A DNA stretch of 64,000 nt from a virus. Below are positions 16,379 through 25,958 of the stretch, in pieces; the stretch's first letter is position 1; every line of letters starts with the position of its first letter. The translations under genes and the position numbers were made by a program. The stretch lies in IMG/VR virus record IMGVR_UViG_3300027747_001183, one strand, 5' to 3'. The notes below the pieces were generated by a model. It was not told where the DNA came from, made no database searches, and was given only the letters and a program-made list of their open reading frames with translations.

Positions 16379-16876
16379 ATGATGGATCCAAAATCAGCAG
16401 CAAAGTTCGGCAACGCCCTTGGTAAGGGTCTCAGCGACCAGGTGTTCGGCATCGTCGACGACGTGCGCAATGCTAAGAACGTCAAGGCTGCCAACAACCA
16501 GAGAATAATTAATCAGAACAAGATTACCGAGATCAATAATCAGGTAGTCAAGAACAACAATGCCCTGCGTGAGCAGGCAATGCGAGAGATAGCTGCAGAG
16601 CAGGAAGCAGACATGATATCTCGCATGTCACCTGCTCAGCGCAAGGCTTTCTACGAGGCGAGGAATGCCGCTGCCCATGAGGCACACATGGCAAAGGTGA
16701 GAGCCGAGAGAAAGAGAGAAGAGTTCTGGGAAGCTTTCTGGGCGCTCTTTACCATATTCATAGTCTTACCATTCATTGTATGGATTGGTCTGATGATCTG
16801 GGGAATTTCTGACGTCATGGCCTGCTACAGCATGAAAGGAATAGTTCCCTTAATGAAGGCGCTGTGTGGAAGATGA
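16379..16876 (+). CDS. Coiled-coil membrane protein
   Basis: AAGGA RBS, late promoter upstream, C-terminal hydrophobic helix. Confidence 0.7.
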   Translation: MMDPKSAAKFGNALGKGLSDQVFGIVDDVRNAKNVKAANNQRIINQNKITEINNQVVKNNNALREQAMREIAAEQEADMISRMSPAQRKAFYEARNAAAHEAHMAKVRAERKREEFWEAFWALFTIFIVLPFIVWIGLMIWGISDVMACYSMKGIVPLMKALCGR

Positions 16877-17139
16877 AGAAGCATCACGAGACCAAGGATG
16901 ACGAGCATCCTTGGTTGAATGGGTTTGAAAAGAAGCACGGAAACGAGAAGATAGATATACTAAAGAAGAGGATCAAGGAGCTCGACAACCTAGTCGGTAC
17001 TGCATCTGTGATCATCGTCTGTCAGCTAATACTGTTTCTAGGTCTGATTATCGGCTTAGTATTTTCAGGTGCAGTCTCAGTAAGTTCAGACGCTGCCAGC
17101 AGTATGATAGGATTCGTGAAGTCAAACTTTAAGAAGTGA
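16873..17139 (+). CDS. Small membrane protein
   Basis: ATGA-coupled; one hydrophobic helix. Confidence 0.6.
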   Translation: MKKHHETKDDEHPWLNGFEKKHGNEKIDILKKRIKELDNLVGTASVIIVCQLILFLGLIIGLVFSGAVSVSSDAASSMIGFVKSNFKK

Positions 17140-17146
17140 TTTTTTA

Positions 17147-18436
17147 ATGACAGAAGTTTTTTGTCCACTACCATGGTATCATCTCGCTACTAAAGCAAAC
17201 GGCGATCTAAGAATCTGCTGTCAGTCTAATCAAGGACCGACAAGAGGTATTCTTAAGAACGAGAGCGGCGATACGTACAATCTAAATAAACACGGAATTA
17301 TGGATTCTAGAAACGCACCTCTAGCTAAAGAAGTGCGCGCAGCGATGCTCAATGGTATTAAGCACCCAGAGTGCTCTAGGTGTTGGAAAGAAGAGAGCAG
17401 TGGAATACGTAGCAAAAGAATAGGCTCAATCGAGCTTCATAGCATGTATGACTCATACGGCGAAGCTATTCAGGTTACTCAGCCAGATGGTACAATACCG
17501 CAAGACTTTCCATATAGAGACTACGATCTTAGATTTGGAAACTTATGCAACTTAAAGTGTAGAATGTGCGGACCGACTGAAAGTTCAATGTGGTATGACG
17601 ACTACTTTGAACAGCACGGTAAAAAGTTCGATGATACGGGTTATAGATGGCACGAGAGACCGGAGATATGGAGAGACTTAGAATCTCAGATGGAATATTC
17701 AGAGTACGTCTATATTATTGGAGGCGAGCCTACTCTAATACAGAAGCATTTTGAATTTTTAGAGAAGTGTATTAAGAACGATCACTCTAAACGCATGAGA
17801 CTTGAGTACGCATCTAACATAACTAACATTCATCAAAAGTACTTTGATATATGGAGTCAGTTCAAGAAAGTACATATAGCGTGCTCAATAGACGGTGTTG
17901 GAGCGGTGAATGACTACATACGATTTCCAAGTAAGTGGAAAGTCATTGAAAAAAACTTAGAGAAGCTAGTAGCATATTCGTCTAAGAAAATAAGAATTAC
18001 GATATCACTTACGGTGAACGCCTATAACGTGTACTATCTAGACGACGTATATAAGTGGAATCTTCAGAACCTAGAATGTAAGATTAATCCACACCCTCTC
18101 CATGGCCCGCGACTAATGAGCACAAAGATATTTCCTAAATACATTAAAGATGATATAGCTAAGAAGATAAGGTCTCTTTATCAGTGGATGAAAAATAACG
18201 GTCATGGTGATAAAGTGGAGAATATATCAAGACAAATAGAAAGTCATATACACTTTATGATGAGTGAAGATCTGTCTCAACTCATGCCAGAATTCTGGAA
18301 AGAGACAGACAAACTAGATGCAATTAGGAGACAGAATATATCAAATTCTCTCCCAGAGCTCTATGATTTGATAAAAGATACTCGAAATTTATTAAACATA
18401 GGAGACTACAATGGCATCAAAGAGCCTTCAGCCTGA
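17147..18436 (+). CDS. Radical SAM protein with N-terminal twitch/SPASM domain
   Basis: FCPLPW...RICC...EC.RCW then GNLCNLKCRMC and GGEP. Confidence 0.88.
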   Translation: MTEVFCPLPWYHLATKANGDLRICCQSNQGPTRGILKNESGDTYNLNKHGIMDSRNAPLAKEVRAAMLNGIKHPECSRCWKEESSGIRSKRIGSIELHSMYDSYGEAIQVTQPDGTIPQDFPYRDYDLRFGNLCNLKCRMCGPTESSMWYDDYFEQHGKKFDDTGYRWHERPEIWRDLESQMEYSEYVYIIGGEPTLIQKHFEFLEKCIKNDHSKRMRLEYASNITNIHQKYFDIWSQFKKVHIACSIDGVGAVNDYIRFPSKWKVIEKNLEKLVAYSSKKIRITISLTVNAYNVYYLDDVYKWNLQNLECKINPHPLHGPRLMSTKIFPKYIKDDIAKKIRSLYQWMKNNGHGDKVENISRQIESHIHFMMSEDLSQLMPEFWKETDKLDAIRRQNISNSLPELYDLIKDTRNLLNIGDYNGIKEPSA

Positions 18437-18728
18437 CTCAAAATACAATAAGTTTGACATAGACCACGACGGCGTAGTGACGGACGATGAGATGAAGAAA
18501 GTGGAGGAGATGATTGAGTTTGAGAACAAAGACAAGAAAGAAGACCAGCTGCGTCAGATGGCTTGGATGGCTATGGGCAGCATGGTACTGTTTACTGGTA
18601 TTCTGTTCTCACCTATCGTCGACGTCGCTAGGATAACTGCTCTCGGCAGCATTCTGCAGATGTTCTACATCGCACAGGCGGGAGTAGTTGCAACTTTCTT
18701 TGGCGCCAATGCGTACTTAAGTAAGTAA
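18411..18728 (+). CDS. EF-hand-like motif plus two-TM membrane protein
   Basis: DIDHDGVVTDDE loop and two hydrophobic helices; GGAG RBS. Confidence 0.65.
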   Translation: MASKSLQPDSKYNKFDIDHDGVVTDDEMKKVEEMIEFENKDKKEDQLRQMAWMAMGSMVLFTGILFSPIVDVARITALGSILQMFYIAQAGVVATFFGANAYLSK

Positions 18729-19772
18729 TTACCTTAAGAACTGGTCTTCGAAGTGGTCATGCTCTACTGAGCAAGTCTTTGCACACATTCGCAGTTTTCC
18801 TTCTGCGAGTGACGGCGCGCTCCATGACTTCTCAATCTTATCAAAGAATCCGCTCTCGAAGACGCCGTTTATACCGTGCACCTTTGCATCTATATCTGAT
18901 TTATCACTTATTATGTGCTTAAACAGGTGACTGTCTTTATATTTTGATACTTCGGGATCATACATCTCGGAGCCACCTATCCAGCAGCAAGGTACCACTA
19001 GCCCTTCTGCACTAACGTACATTGAATTCTGCTTAACGACCCTGCACCCAATCTCAGTCTTATCTAAGAACTTATCCCAGCCCCCAAACTTCTGCTTAGC
19101 GCGCTCTCTAAAGTCGTTTACGTCGTGTACGTATTCTTTCTTTTCCGGCTGAGATAGGTGTTTATATACTGACATGCCGTTCTGCCAGCGCGATGTACGC
19201 TTTGGTATAAAAGCCTTGAACCCTAGCTTCTTAGCCAGTGCTCGAGCTTCTTCTACCTGATGCTCGTTGTGCTTGAACACTAGAAAGTGCCACTCGGCTT
19301 GGCCGCCAGCACCTATGAAAGACTCCATCGCATTCATTACCCTGTCCCACTGGACGTTTTCTCTGTAGATATGGTTCGTATCTTCCAGTCCATCGACCGA
19401 GAAGGTAACTCGACCTTCATACAGCACCGATGCTAGGTCTCTCCACCACTCTGAGCTGCGCGCTCCTCCGTTGGTGAACATGCTCAGCTTCATAGATAGA
19501 TTAGTATACCTAAAATACTCAAACACTTCAAGCGTGTCTCTAGCCATTATAGGATCGCCGAAGTTTCCACACATGTACATGGCATGGAGCTGCTTGATAA
19601 AGTCTTTCTCAAAGATGTTCTTGCAGTCTTCTAGAGAAAGCTCAGCGTTCGTTAGGTGGTGCATTAGCTTTCCGCTACCGCTGCTGTCGTGTCTAGGACA
19701 CATGGCGCAGCCGGCCTGACACTTCTCAGTTATCTCTAGGTGTACCTTGCGTATATCCCTGTACTTATACAT
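18729..19772 (-). CDS. Radical SAM/SPASM protein
   Basis: HLEITEKCQAGCAMC, GNFGDP, C...YVSAEG.VVPCC...C..TC; start at MYKYRD (19772). Confidence 0.88.
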   Translation of the reverse strand: MYKYRDIRKVHLEITEKCQAGCAMCPRHDSSGSGKLMHHLTNAELSLEDCKNIFEKDFIKQLHAMYMCGNFGDPIMARDTLEVFEYFRYTNLSMKLSMFTNGGARSSEWWRDLASVLYEGRVTFSVDGLEDTNHIYRENVQWDRVMNAMESFIGAGGQAEWHFLVFKHNEHQVEEARALAKKLGFKAFIPKRTSRWQNGMSVYKHLSQPEKKEYVHDVNDFRERAKQKFGGWDKFLDKTEIGCRVVKQNSMYVSAEGLVVPCCWIGGSEMYDPEVSKYKDSHLFKHIISDKSDIDAKVHGINGVFESGFFDKIEKSWSAPSLAEGKLRMCAKTCSVEHDHFEDQFLR

Positions 19773-19987
19773 CAGATGGTCGTCGGTGACTTCATCGGAT
19801 CGTAAGGGTCGATCTTCTCTATGCGGCTGAGAGCGTCTTTCTCGTAGCGAAGAACTTGATACCATCCGAGGAAGGCAGTAAAGTCTGCAAACATGGCCGA
19901 GTAGTTCTGGTTGAAGATCTCAATGATAAAAGAAACCGCGACTACTGCTAGGATCGCGTACGAGAGCTTAATAAAGGTATGTATCAT
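19772..19987 (-). CDS. Small membrane protein
   Basis: Two hydrophobic segments; coupled to neighbours. Confidence 0.55.
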   Translation of the reverse strand: MIHTFIKLSYAILAVVAVSFIIEIFNQNYSAMFADFTAFLGWYQVLRYEKDALSRIEKIDPYDPMKSPTTI

Positions 19988-20187
19988 GCCGCCCTCACTT
20001 TAAAGTTAAAGAATTTTCCATCGCGGTTGAGCTTTGAGACTGCATCTACCCAGTCTCTCGCATCGCGCTCGTCGATGAAGTGTAGACGATCCTTGACCGT
20101 CAGACCATTCAGACGACCCTTCTTGATGAGCTTTTCAAACTCAACTACGTACTTGTATGAACCAGGGTATACAGACATTCCATTCAC
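19984..20187 (-). CDS. Hypothetical protein
   Basis: ORF behind TTGACA..TATAAT promoter at ~20204-20232. Confidence 0.6.
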   Translation of the reverse strand: MNGMSVYPGSYKYVVEFEKLIKKGRLNGLTVKDRLHFIDERDARDWVDAVSKLNRDGKFFNFKVRAA

Positions 20188-20241
20188 TCCACTGCTATAG
20201 ACTAATTATACACTATTCTACAGACTTGTCAACAAGAGAAT

Positions 20242-20317
20242 TGGTGGGGGATGAGGGACTCGAACCCCCGATCAGACCGTTATGAGCAGCCGGCTTTTGC
20301 CACTAAGCTAATCCCCC
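20242..20317 (-). tRNA. tRNA with CAT anticodon (Ile2/lysidine type or elongator Met)
   Basis: GGGGGAT...GGCTG CTCATAA CGGTC...ATCCCCC A CCA. Confidence 0.88.
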
Positions 20318-20324
20318 GAATTTA

Positions 20325-20561
20325 TTATTTCTTAGTCCGCAGTGGGAACGTAGCCATGTAGGACTCGAACTCCTCGTGGACCATGAAGTACTCGATTACC
20401 CGCTCAAAGCTCGCGAGCGTATGCTCGAATTCTTCCTTGGTATCATATACCAAGACGTCTTTTGCGTAGTCTTGCAGTAGACCCTCGTAGCAGTACTTTA
20501 GTTCCTGCAGGACGATCGCGTCTACCTGCTCGTATTCCATATCGAACGTTACCTTTGGCAT
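20325..20561 (-). CDS. Hypothetical protein
   Basis: GAGGTG RBS; acidic 78-aa ORF. Confidence 0.6.
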   Translation of the reverse strand: MPKVTFDMEYEQVDAIVLQELKYCYEGLLQDYAKDVLVYDTKEEFEHTLASFERVIEYFMVHEEFESYMATFPLRTKK

Positions 20562-20564
20562 ATA

Positions 20565-20801
20565 TCACCTCTTAATGTAGCAGACCCATTCTTTGTCGCC
20601 GATCTTGTACCGAGCATAGGAGTTCTTGTCCATGTCGGCACACCGGCCCTGATCCATGGAGAGGATAGCTCTAAATTCGTTGCGTGCACCAATATAGACA
20701 CCATCCACACCATCGTCTCTCTTAGCAAACTGACACGTCTCATGTCGTACCCATGCTGTATTATCCCACTGCACTGCTAGGTAGTCGCAGCTGACTGGCA
20801 T
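20565..20801 (-). CDS. Hypothetical protein
   Basis: AAGGA RBS; part of tightly packed early operon. Confidence 0.5.
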   Translation of the reverse strand: MPVSCDYLAVQWDNTAWVRHETCQFAKRDDGVDGVYIGARNEFRAILSMDQGRCADMDKNSYARYKIGDKEWVCYIKR

Positions 20802-21061
20802 TCCTTATTTATGGACTCTGCCTGCATCTTGACGTTCTCTTTTACCTGCTCAAGATAAGACTGCTTCCAAGTATCTGCTTGTACTTTCAGGATATCAAGC
20901 TCACGCTTTACCCTACTAAGTTCATTAGCAAGAGAACATAACTTTGTCTCAGTTCTTCCTGCAAGTGTGTACAAATACATGTGAATACCACTAATAGGAT
21001 CACTCTTTGACCATTCATTGAATAGCTCATCACATAGATGTTTTACTTCTTCATCCATCAC
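20777..21061 (-). CDS. Hypothetical coiled-coil protein
   Basis: Coupled ORF in early operon. Confidence 0.55.
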   Translation of the reverse strand: MMDEEVKHLCDELFNEWSKSDPISGIHMYLYTLAGRTETKLCSLANELSRVKRELDILKVQADTWKQSYLEQVKENVKMQAESINKECQSAATT

Positions 21062-21291
21062 TCTACTCCAAAATATTTCTTTATATCATCACGAATCTGT
21101 TGAGCAGTGCCATCAATCGTAGCATGAGCATCACACGATTCCAAGCATTCACGCACAATCAACTTGGCAAACTTCTCGACATCTTCTTGTTCGGCATGGC
21201 CATTAATGAAGTAGTGTCTAGGTGTTTCATGATCTACATAGTTCAACAACCCAGCATCAAGTGCGAGTTTTATAAATCTATCGTTCATCAC
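21058..21291 (-). CDS. Hypothetical protein
   Basis: MNDRFIKLA...EKFAKLIVREC...IKKYFGVE, a common small phage ORF pattern. Confidence 0.65.
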   Translation of the reverse strand: MMNDRFIKLALDAGLLNYVDHETPRHYFINGHAEQEDVEKFAKLIVRECLESCDAHATIDGTAQQIRDDIKKYFGVE

Positions 21292-21476
21292 TCTACTCCC
21301 TTGATGGTTAGTGTGGCTTCTCTGAGGCGGTATTCATTGTCTAACTCCTTGATTAGGTCGCGTATGAACTGACGCCAGTGCTCTTTCTGATCTTCATTGT
21401 AGTGGGTGGCCCACTTGCCACCGTTGTTACCCAGAGCAACTCGAATAGCAAACTCCTCGATCTTATCGTCGCTCAT
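21288..21476 (-). CDS. Hypothetical protein
   Basis: MSDDKIEEFAIRVALGNNGG.W; coupled. Confidence 0.55.
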   Translation of the reverse strand: MSDDKIEEFAIRVALGNNGGKWATHYNEDQKEHWRQFIRDLIKELDNEYRLREATLTIKGVE

Positions 21477-21781
21477 CACGCCACCTTCCATGTATACTCA
21501 TCCTGCGTCATGACAGTCTCCCTGCCGTCGTACTCGTCGATGCGGTACAGAGTCCCCTCTGGGATCTCGCGTATATACAGGTCAGAGAAAGCACTGTCTG
21601 CCTCCTCACCCAGCTCCTCGACTACCTGCACCAAGATAGGGTCTGCACGATCTTCCTCCAGATCATACCGAGTAAAGGCGTCGTGCACTGGCAGTCCCTT
21701 GAGCTCCCAGTAGCGAGCGACTGCCTTGTCAGACAGCCCAAAGCCGCCGTAGCAGCCGTTGTATACGATCTTAGTCATCAC
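21476..21781 (-). CDS. Conserved-type phage hypothetical protein
   Basis: KIVYNGCYGGFGLS...R.DP.LVQVVEELG...I.EYDG.E. Confidence 0.7.
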   Translation of the reverse strand: MMTKIVYNGCYGGFGLSDKAVARYWELKGLPVHDAFTRYDLEEDRADPILVQVVEELGEEADSAFSDLYIREIPEGTLYRIDEYDGRETVMTQDEYTWKVA

Positions 21782-21969
21782 TTCCCTCCAAACAAGTTCT
21801 TGCCCTCGATGCAGATCGTGTGGTCGATATAGACACCACCCAGAGTCTCACACGCAAACTTTAAGCTGGCGCTGCGCTGATAGTCGTCATAGACTAATAA
21901 ACCCATCAGCAAGAAGGGGCCTACCATTACCAACGGCATTAGTACGTAGTCAACTATGATCTTCTTCAT
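21778..21969 (-). CDS. Small membrane protein
   Basis: MKKIIVDYVLMPLVMVGPFLLMGLLV hydrophobic N-terminus; C...GG......C. Confidence 0.55.
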   Translation of the reverse strand: MKKIIVDYVLMPLVMVGPFLLMGLLVYDDYQRSASLKFACETLGGVYIDHTICIEGKNLFGGK

Positions 21970-21970
21970 C

Positions 21971-22903
21971 TCAGGCCCCCGCAAATTCGAGGGCCTTCTG
22001 GAGCGCCTGCACCTTGCGGTTGCGATTGCCGCCGAACCAAGCCGACTGAAGCCGAGTATCTGCACTGTGGCCTAGAATGTGGTCAGTGGTATACGTGACC
22101 GCATTGAATGCCTGCCACCACGTACCCCTGCCGAACTCTGCACCCGGCTGTGTCTCGAGCACCTCGAACGCCTGAGTCGCAGGGCGCGAGAGGATGTCGT
22201 TGTCCTTCTTCGTCATCGCTGGGAAGATGGTGCGCAGGTAGTCCACGACGGTGTCGGCAGTGAAGTTCTTGCTCGAGAGGAACTCAGCGGCCTCTTGATA
22301 GGTGCCGAGAGACTTACGAGCGATGCCGAGAGTGCGCTTGACCATCTCAGGGTTGAACTCACGACGGTGGTTGAGTCGCACCATCATGTCGAACTGGCCA
22401 GCCAGCGAGAGAGTCAGCGTGTTGTTGCAGACCACTCGGATGGCGGTGAAGCGGATGTCGATGCACTTGCCGTACTGGTGCGGGTTGGAGAAGAGGAGGT
22501 AGGGCTCTACGCGGTCCTCGCCTAGGATGGTAAAGGAGTCCTTCACCTTCGCGAGTGCCCAGATGTTGGTGCCGCCCTTGAGTGAGCCGGCAGTGTGCAT
22601 CTCCATGTCGCCTTCCATGACGAACTCGTTGAAGAACTCAAATGCCTCGTGGTTCTGCACTGGGTTCCAGTCTTCAGAGACCATCGTGAGGATCTTGTTG
22701 TCGGACGAGCGGACGAGAGCCTGAGAGGGAGTAGGTACTTTCTCGCCGGCTACCTCGACGAATGTCTGGTACTTGTCGACCGTCCAGTCGAGTCCAGCCT
22801 TCTCAAGCATCTGGGCCGGTGTGAGGTCGTTGTGGACGGGAACTCCGAGGCCGTGCCAAGGGGTCTCGCCTGCGTATGCCATAGTCTCAACTTCGTGTGC
22901 CAT
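21971..22903 (-). CDS. DUF932/DUF945 family protein
   Basis: ETMAYAGETPWHGLG, PVQN.EAF.FF, IRVVCNNTL, GTWWQAFNAVT. Confidence 0.85.
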   Translation of the reverse strand: MAHEVETMAYAGETPWHGLGVPVHNDLTPAQMLEKAGLDWTVDKYQTFVEVAGEKVPTPSQALVRSSDNKILTMVSEDWNPVQNHEAFEFFNEFVMEGDMEMHTAGSLKGGTNIWALAKVKDSFTILGEDRVEPYLLFSNPHQYGKCIDIRFTAIRVVCNNTLTLSLAGQFDMMVRLNHRREFNPEMVKRTLGIARKSLGTYQEAAEFLSSKNFTADTVVDYLRTIFPAMTKKDNDILSRPATQAFEVLETQPGAEFGRGTWWQAFNAVTYTTDHILGHSADTRLQSAWFGGNRNRKVQALQKALEFAGA

Positions 22904-22921
22904 TGTGTATCTCCGTTTGGT

Positions 22922-22977
22922 TTAGCTTGTATTCTGATATTAGTACTTTTTTCAAAAAATGTCAACCGTTGTTTTCA
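22922..22977 (-). promoter_or_regulatory. Early promoter cassette
   Basis: GTTGACATTTTTTGAAAAAAGTACTAATAT, identical core to 46188-46217. Confidence 0.7.
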
Positions 22978-23156
22978 ACTGGCTGAGAAAAAAGTACAGT
23001 CTCGTGGATCTGAAAGTCGCTCTTGCCGTACTCGACATTGTGTCGGCCGTACTCGTGAGCGCCGGCCCACGAGTCAAACACCATCGGCTTTCCGATCATG
23101 CGACCAGTCGTACCATCGTGGTTGACTTTATGAAACGTGAGGACGAAGTAGCTCAT
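22962..23156 (-). CDS. Hypothetical early protein
   Basis: MSYFVLTFHK..., ATGA-coupled. Confidence 0.5.
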   Translation of the reverse strand: MSYFVLTFHKVNHDGTTGRMIGKPMVFDSWAGAHEYGRHNVEYGKSDFQIHETVLFSQPVENNG

Positions 23157-23467
23157 GCTGCCACCAGCATGTTGAGTGGAACGTTGTAGAGCGCAGTCGC
23201 TGGAACTCGCTGCATCTTGGCGTTGTAGGCCGTGCCAGCCACTGGACACTCGACCACGGCTTTCTTGATCTTGATCGACTTGATCACGCCGGTGTAGTCC
23301 ACTCCGCGGCTGGAGAAATTGACCTTCGTACCTGCCGTGAGTGCGCGGCGGTTCATGCGAGCCAGACGATCCCGACCGATCAGGAGAGCCTGATAGATTT
23401 GGTCGATGTCGGCTTGGGTGGCTGAGTTGCAGATGAACTCTACAGAGGACTTGAGCTTGGCATTCAT
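23153..23467 (-). CDS. Hypothetical early protein (possible SH3-like C-terminus)
   Basis: AAGGAG RBS behind early promoter. Confidence 0.65.
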   Translation of the reverse strand: MNAKLKSSVEFICNSATQADIDQIYQALLIGRDRLARMNRRALTAGTKVNFSSRGVDYTGVIKSIKIKKAVVECPVAGTAYNAKMQRVPATALYNVPLNMLVAA

Positions 23468-23482
23468 GGTAGACTCCTTTGG

Positions 23483-23571
23483 TTTAGCTTATATTCTTAT
23501 ATTAGTATTTTTTTGATAAAATGTCAACAAAAAAATGGCATTTTTATGAAAAAAATGCCATTGAAAAGATT
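23483..23571 (-). promoter_or_regulatory. Early promoter cassette with hairpin and AATCTTTTCAATGGC box
   Basis: GTTGACA..TAATAT, TGGCATTTTT/AAAAATGCCA inverted repeat. Confidence 0.7.
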
Positions 23572-23578
23572 GAGTTTT

Positions 23579-23788
23579 TTATAGGAAGACGTTTTGGTGT
23601 GGATAGCCAATTTCGTCAAGTGCGGCGAGTGCCGATTTTTGGTTAGGGAATTCGAGGGTTACAGTTTGGTTGGGTAGGTCGATGTTGAGGTTGTGAGATG
23701 ATACGAGTTTGGCAGAATAGGCGTTTAAGAAGTCGAGGAAGTCGAAGAGGTCGGTGGTGGTGGGGAGGTCGATTTTGATGAATGTCAT
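23579..23788 (-). CDS. Hypothetical early protein
   Basis: GGAG RBS; single gene between two promoter cassettes. Confidence 0.6.
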   Translation of the reverse strand: MTFIKIDLPTTTDLFDFLDFLNAYSAKLVSSHNLNIDLPNQTVTLEFPNQKSALAALDEIGYPHQNVFL

Positions 23789-23799
23789 TTTGTATCTCC

Positions 23800-23888
23800 A
23801 TTGGTTATATTATTAATATAAGCTTTTTTGATAAAAAAGTACACAAAAAAACAGCACTTTTAACAAAAAAAGTGCCGTTGAAAAGATT
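23800..23888 (-). promoter_or_regulatory. Early promoter cassette with hairpin and AATCTTTTCAACGGC box
   Basis: GTGTACT..TATATT AATAATATAA; GCACTTTT/AAAAGTGC inverted repeat. Confidence 0.7.
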
Positions 23889-23900
23889 GAGTTTTTTCTG

Positions 23901-24986
23901 TCACAATCGGGGTAGGGAGCCTCCCCTGTGAAGCTCCGTGGTATTGCAGTGGATTCCACCATCAAAAAAGAATCTGTGTCTCAGGGGTGATATGTGTGGC
24001 ACTATGCCATGCTTCTCAAAGGCATCAAAAGCCTGCTTGTTATAAGAAGAAACTATGACGTTCTTCTCATCTATTGTCAAAATATTGACATCAAATATGT
24101 TTTCTCTGATATGCTTAGACCAGTCATTCATCCACTTCTCTACGTACTCTACGAGCTCGTCATCGTCCTGAGCTCTAGGCATGTACCACTTTCCATGGTT
24201 CTTCTTCTTTGAAGCAAGAAAATCATTCATTGAATTTAGTCTGCTGTTCTTGAAGTAGATGACTTCCCATCCGGGGAACGTCTTACTATAAGTGTCTGGG
24301 CTATAGACTGAGAATATAAGACCCGGCTTTACTGGATTAAAGCAGCCATCTGTATGACCACCACTCGTTACAGGAATGACGCTGTAGTCTCTAAGCCAGT
24401 TCTCCCACACGTAGTCTACAGCGTCTATCATCTCAAAGTCGGTAAGCTTCTTGCTCGATCCAAAGAGTATATCTTTGCCAGTTCTCCATATACCGTTTAG
24501 CCTAATTAGGCTTAAAACATCATCGCTCTCACCTCGAATTATCTTATTTCCGTTTGACTCAACATAGTCAAATACATTATCAAAGCACGAACTTAAGTTT
24601 TCTTTTTTGATGTCTTCAAGACTTAGCTTTATAGCACACTGTCTATTCTGCTTTATAACAATCTGATCGGGTGGAAATGAAAAGAACTTATCTCCTATCA
24701 TTATTATCTGGTCTCTAGGTACAGCGGAGACTGCAGGTGGTATGCTTATACCCTTTGATATATACTTTTCTGTATCTACTAGCGGCACCCTAGGGCGCAA
24801 TACGTCTATGTTAAACGTCTTTAAGATGGAGATTAGTTTCTGCTTGTCTTCTTCCACCTCTATCGCAATCTGCTCAAACAGATTGCGAAGCCTACGGTTC
24901 TTCATAAAGCTAAAGAACTCAGGTGGGTAGCTTCTTCCTACCACGCATACCTTGAGTGGGTCCCACTCTTGATTCACTGTTAACAT
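23901..24986 (-). CDS. Amidinotransferase (glycine/inosamine amidinotransferase-like)
   Basis: EWDPLKVCVVG, PRD, GHTDGCF, FDVN, DGGIHCNT catalytic motifs. Confidence 0.85.
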   Translation of the reverse strand: MLTVNQEWDPLKVCVVGRSYPPEFFSFMKNRRLRNLFEQIAIEVEEDKQKLISILKTFNIDVLRPRVPLVDTEKYISKGISIPPAVSAVPRDQIIMIGDKFFSFPPDQIVIKQNRQCAIKLSLEDIKKENLSSCFDNVFDYVESNGNKIIRGESDDVLSLIRLNGIWRTGKDILFGSSKKLTDFEMIDAVDYVWENWLRDYSVIPVTSGGHTDGCFNPVKPGLIFSVYSPDTYSKTFPGWEVIYFKNSRLNSMNDFLASKKKNHGKWYMPRAQDDDELVEYVEKWMNDWSKHIRENIFDVNILTIDEKNVIVSSYNKQAFDAFEKHGIVPHISPLRHRFFFDGGIHCNTTELHRGGSLPRL

Positions 24987-24988
24987 GT

Positions 24989-25606
24989 CTAAGCGGTGTA
25001 CCTCTTCATTGATCCGTCTGGTCTGACGTGATACGCATGGAACTGAGTGTGTGGGTATTCTCTCTTGAGTCCTAAGAAAGCATCCAAGTTCTCGTGGCTG
25101 TCATCATACATCCTAACGTGAGTGTAGGGATGATTTGCGAGGTGCTGTCTAATGAATGTAAGCTTCTTGTTAGCCGGCTTCTCGTTACCCGGAATGTTTC
25201 CAGCTCGATGCACATGGATGTCGTGCATGTTATGAATGCCATGCGCAGTGAGAGTATTTAAGAACCTGTGCTTGTCATCGAAGTCTGCTCGAGCCGTGTT
25301 GATGATGACCCTGTTCTTTGGGTTCTTCTTCCTAGTCGCAGAAGTAGCATTGATCGTGTTGATCATGCGATGGATCGGCTTTGACTTACTAAACACGCGA
25401 GAGCTCTTGAACTCATGATAGTCGTAGTGGTGTCCGGGTGGAAGCCTATGGCTGTTGTACTCAGACGTAGTCAGCTTCTGGACAGTATGCCCGTGTGGGT
25501 CCTTTACGTGCACCTTCGCGTTCGAGTGGACTAGCGTATCGTCCACGTCGAACACGTGCAGTGTAGATGACTCTGATATGAACTCTGAGAAGGGCTTCAG
25601 TTGCAT
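24989..25606 (-). CDS. HAD-superfamily phosphatase with capsid-targeting-like N-terminus
   Basis: MQLKPFSEFISE; FDVDDTL, INTAR, K, YDDS..NL. Confidence 0.75.
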   Translation of the reverse strand: MQLKPFSEFISESSTLHVFDVDDTLVHSNAKVHVKDPHGHTVQKLTTSEYNSHRLPPGHHYDYHEFKSSRVFSKSKPIHRMINTINATSATRKKNPKNRVIINTARADFDDKHRFLNTLTAHGIHNMHDIHVHRAGNIPGNEKPANKKLTFIRQHLANHPYTHVRMYDDSHENLDAFLGLKREYPHTQFHAYHVRPDGSMKRYTA

Positions 25607-25896
25607 ATTCTTTGATACTGTTCTACCCAAGCGTATCCATTCCACTGACGACCCATGAATACTATCTGACACTGGCGATCGTAGATCGAAGGCTCTTGAA
25701 TGTAGGTACGCTGCTGGTTAGCCATGATGCCGCCGAGGATCATGCCGCCGATGAGTCCGCCGAAGAGTGCTGCTCCAGCGTCACCGCCACGGTTGTAGTA
25801 GTTGCGCTGCTCGAAGCGACGCTGTTCCCATCCATGGGCTGAGGCTACCGATGTCATCGCCATCGTTGCTGCTAGCGCTATTGCGATCTTTCTCAT
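25597..25896 (-). CDS. Secreted glycine-zipper protein
   Basis: Signal peptide, GAALFGGLIGGMILGGIM, terminal Cys pair. Confidence 0.65.
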   Translation of the reverse strand: MRKIAIALAATMAMTSVASAHGWEQRRFEQRNYYNRGGDAGAALFGGLIGGMILGGIMANQQRTYIQEPSIYDRQCQIVFMGRQWNGYAWVEQYQRICN

Positions 25897-25904
25897 ATCA
25901 ATCT

Positions 25905-25952
25905 CCATTGCTTATATTATTAATATAGCGGTTTTATTAAAAAAGGTCAACA
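25905..25952 (-). promoter_or_regulatory. Early promoter cassette
   Basis: GTTGACC..TATATTAATAATATAAGCAATGGAGA. Confidence 0.65.
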
Positions 25953-25958
25953 GTTATT

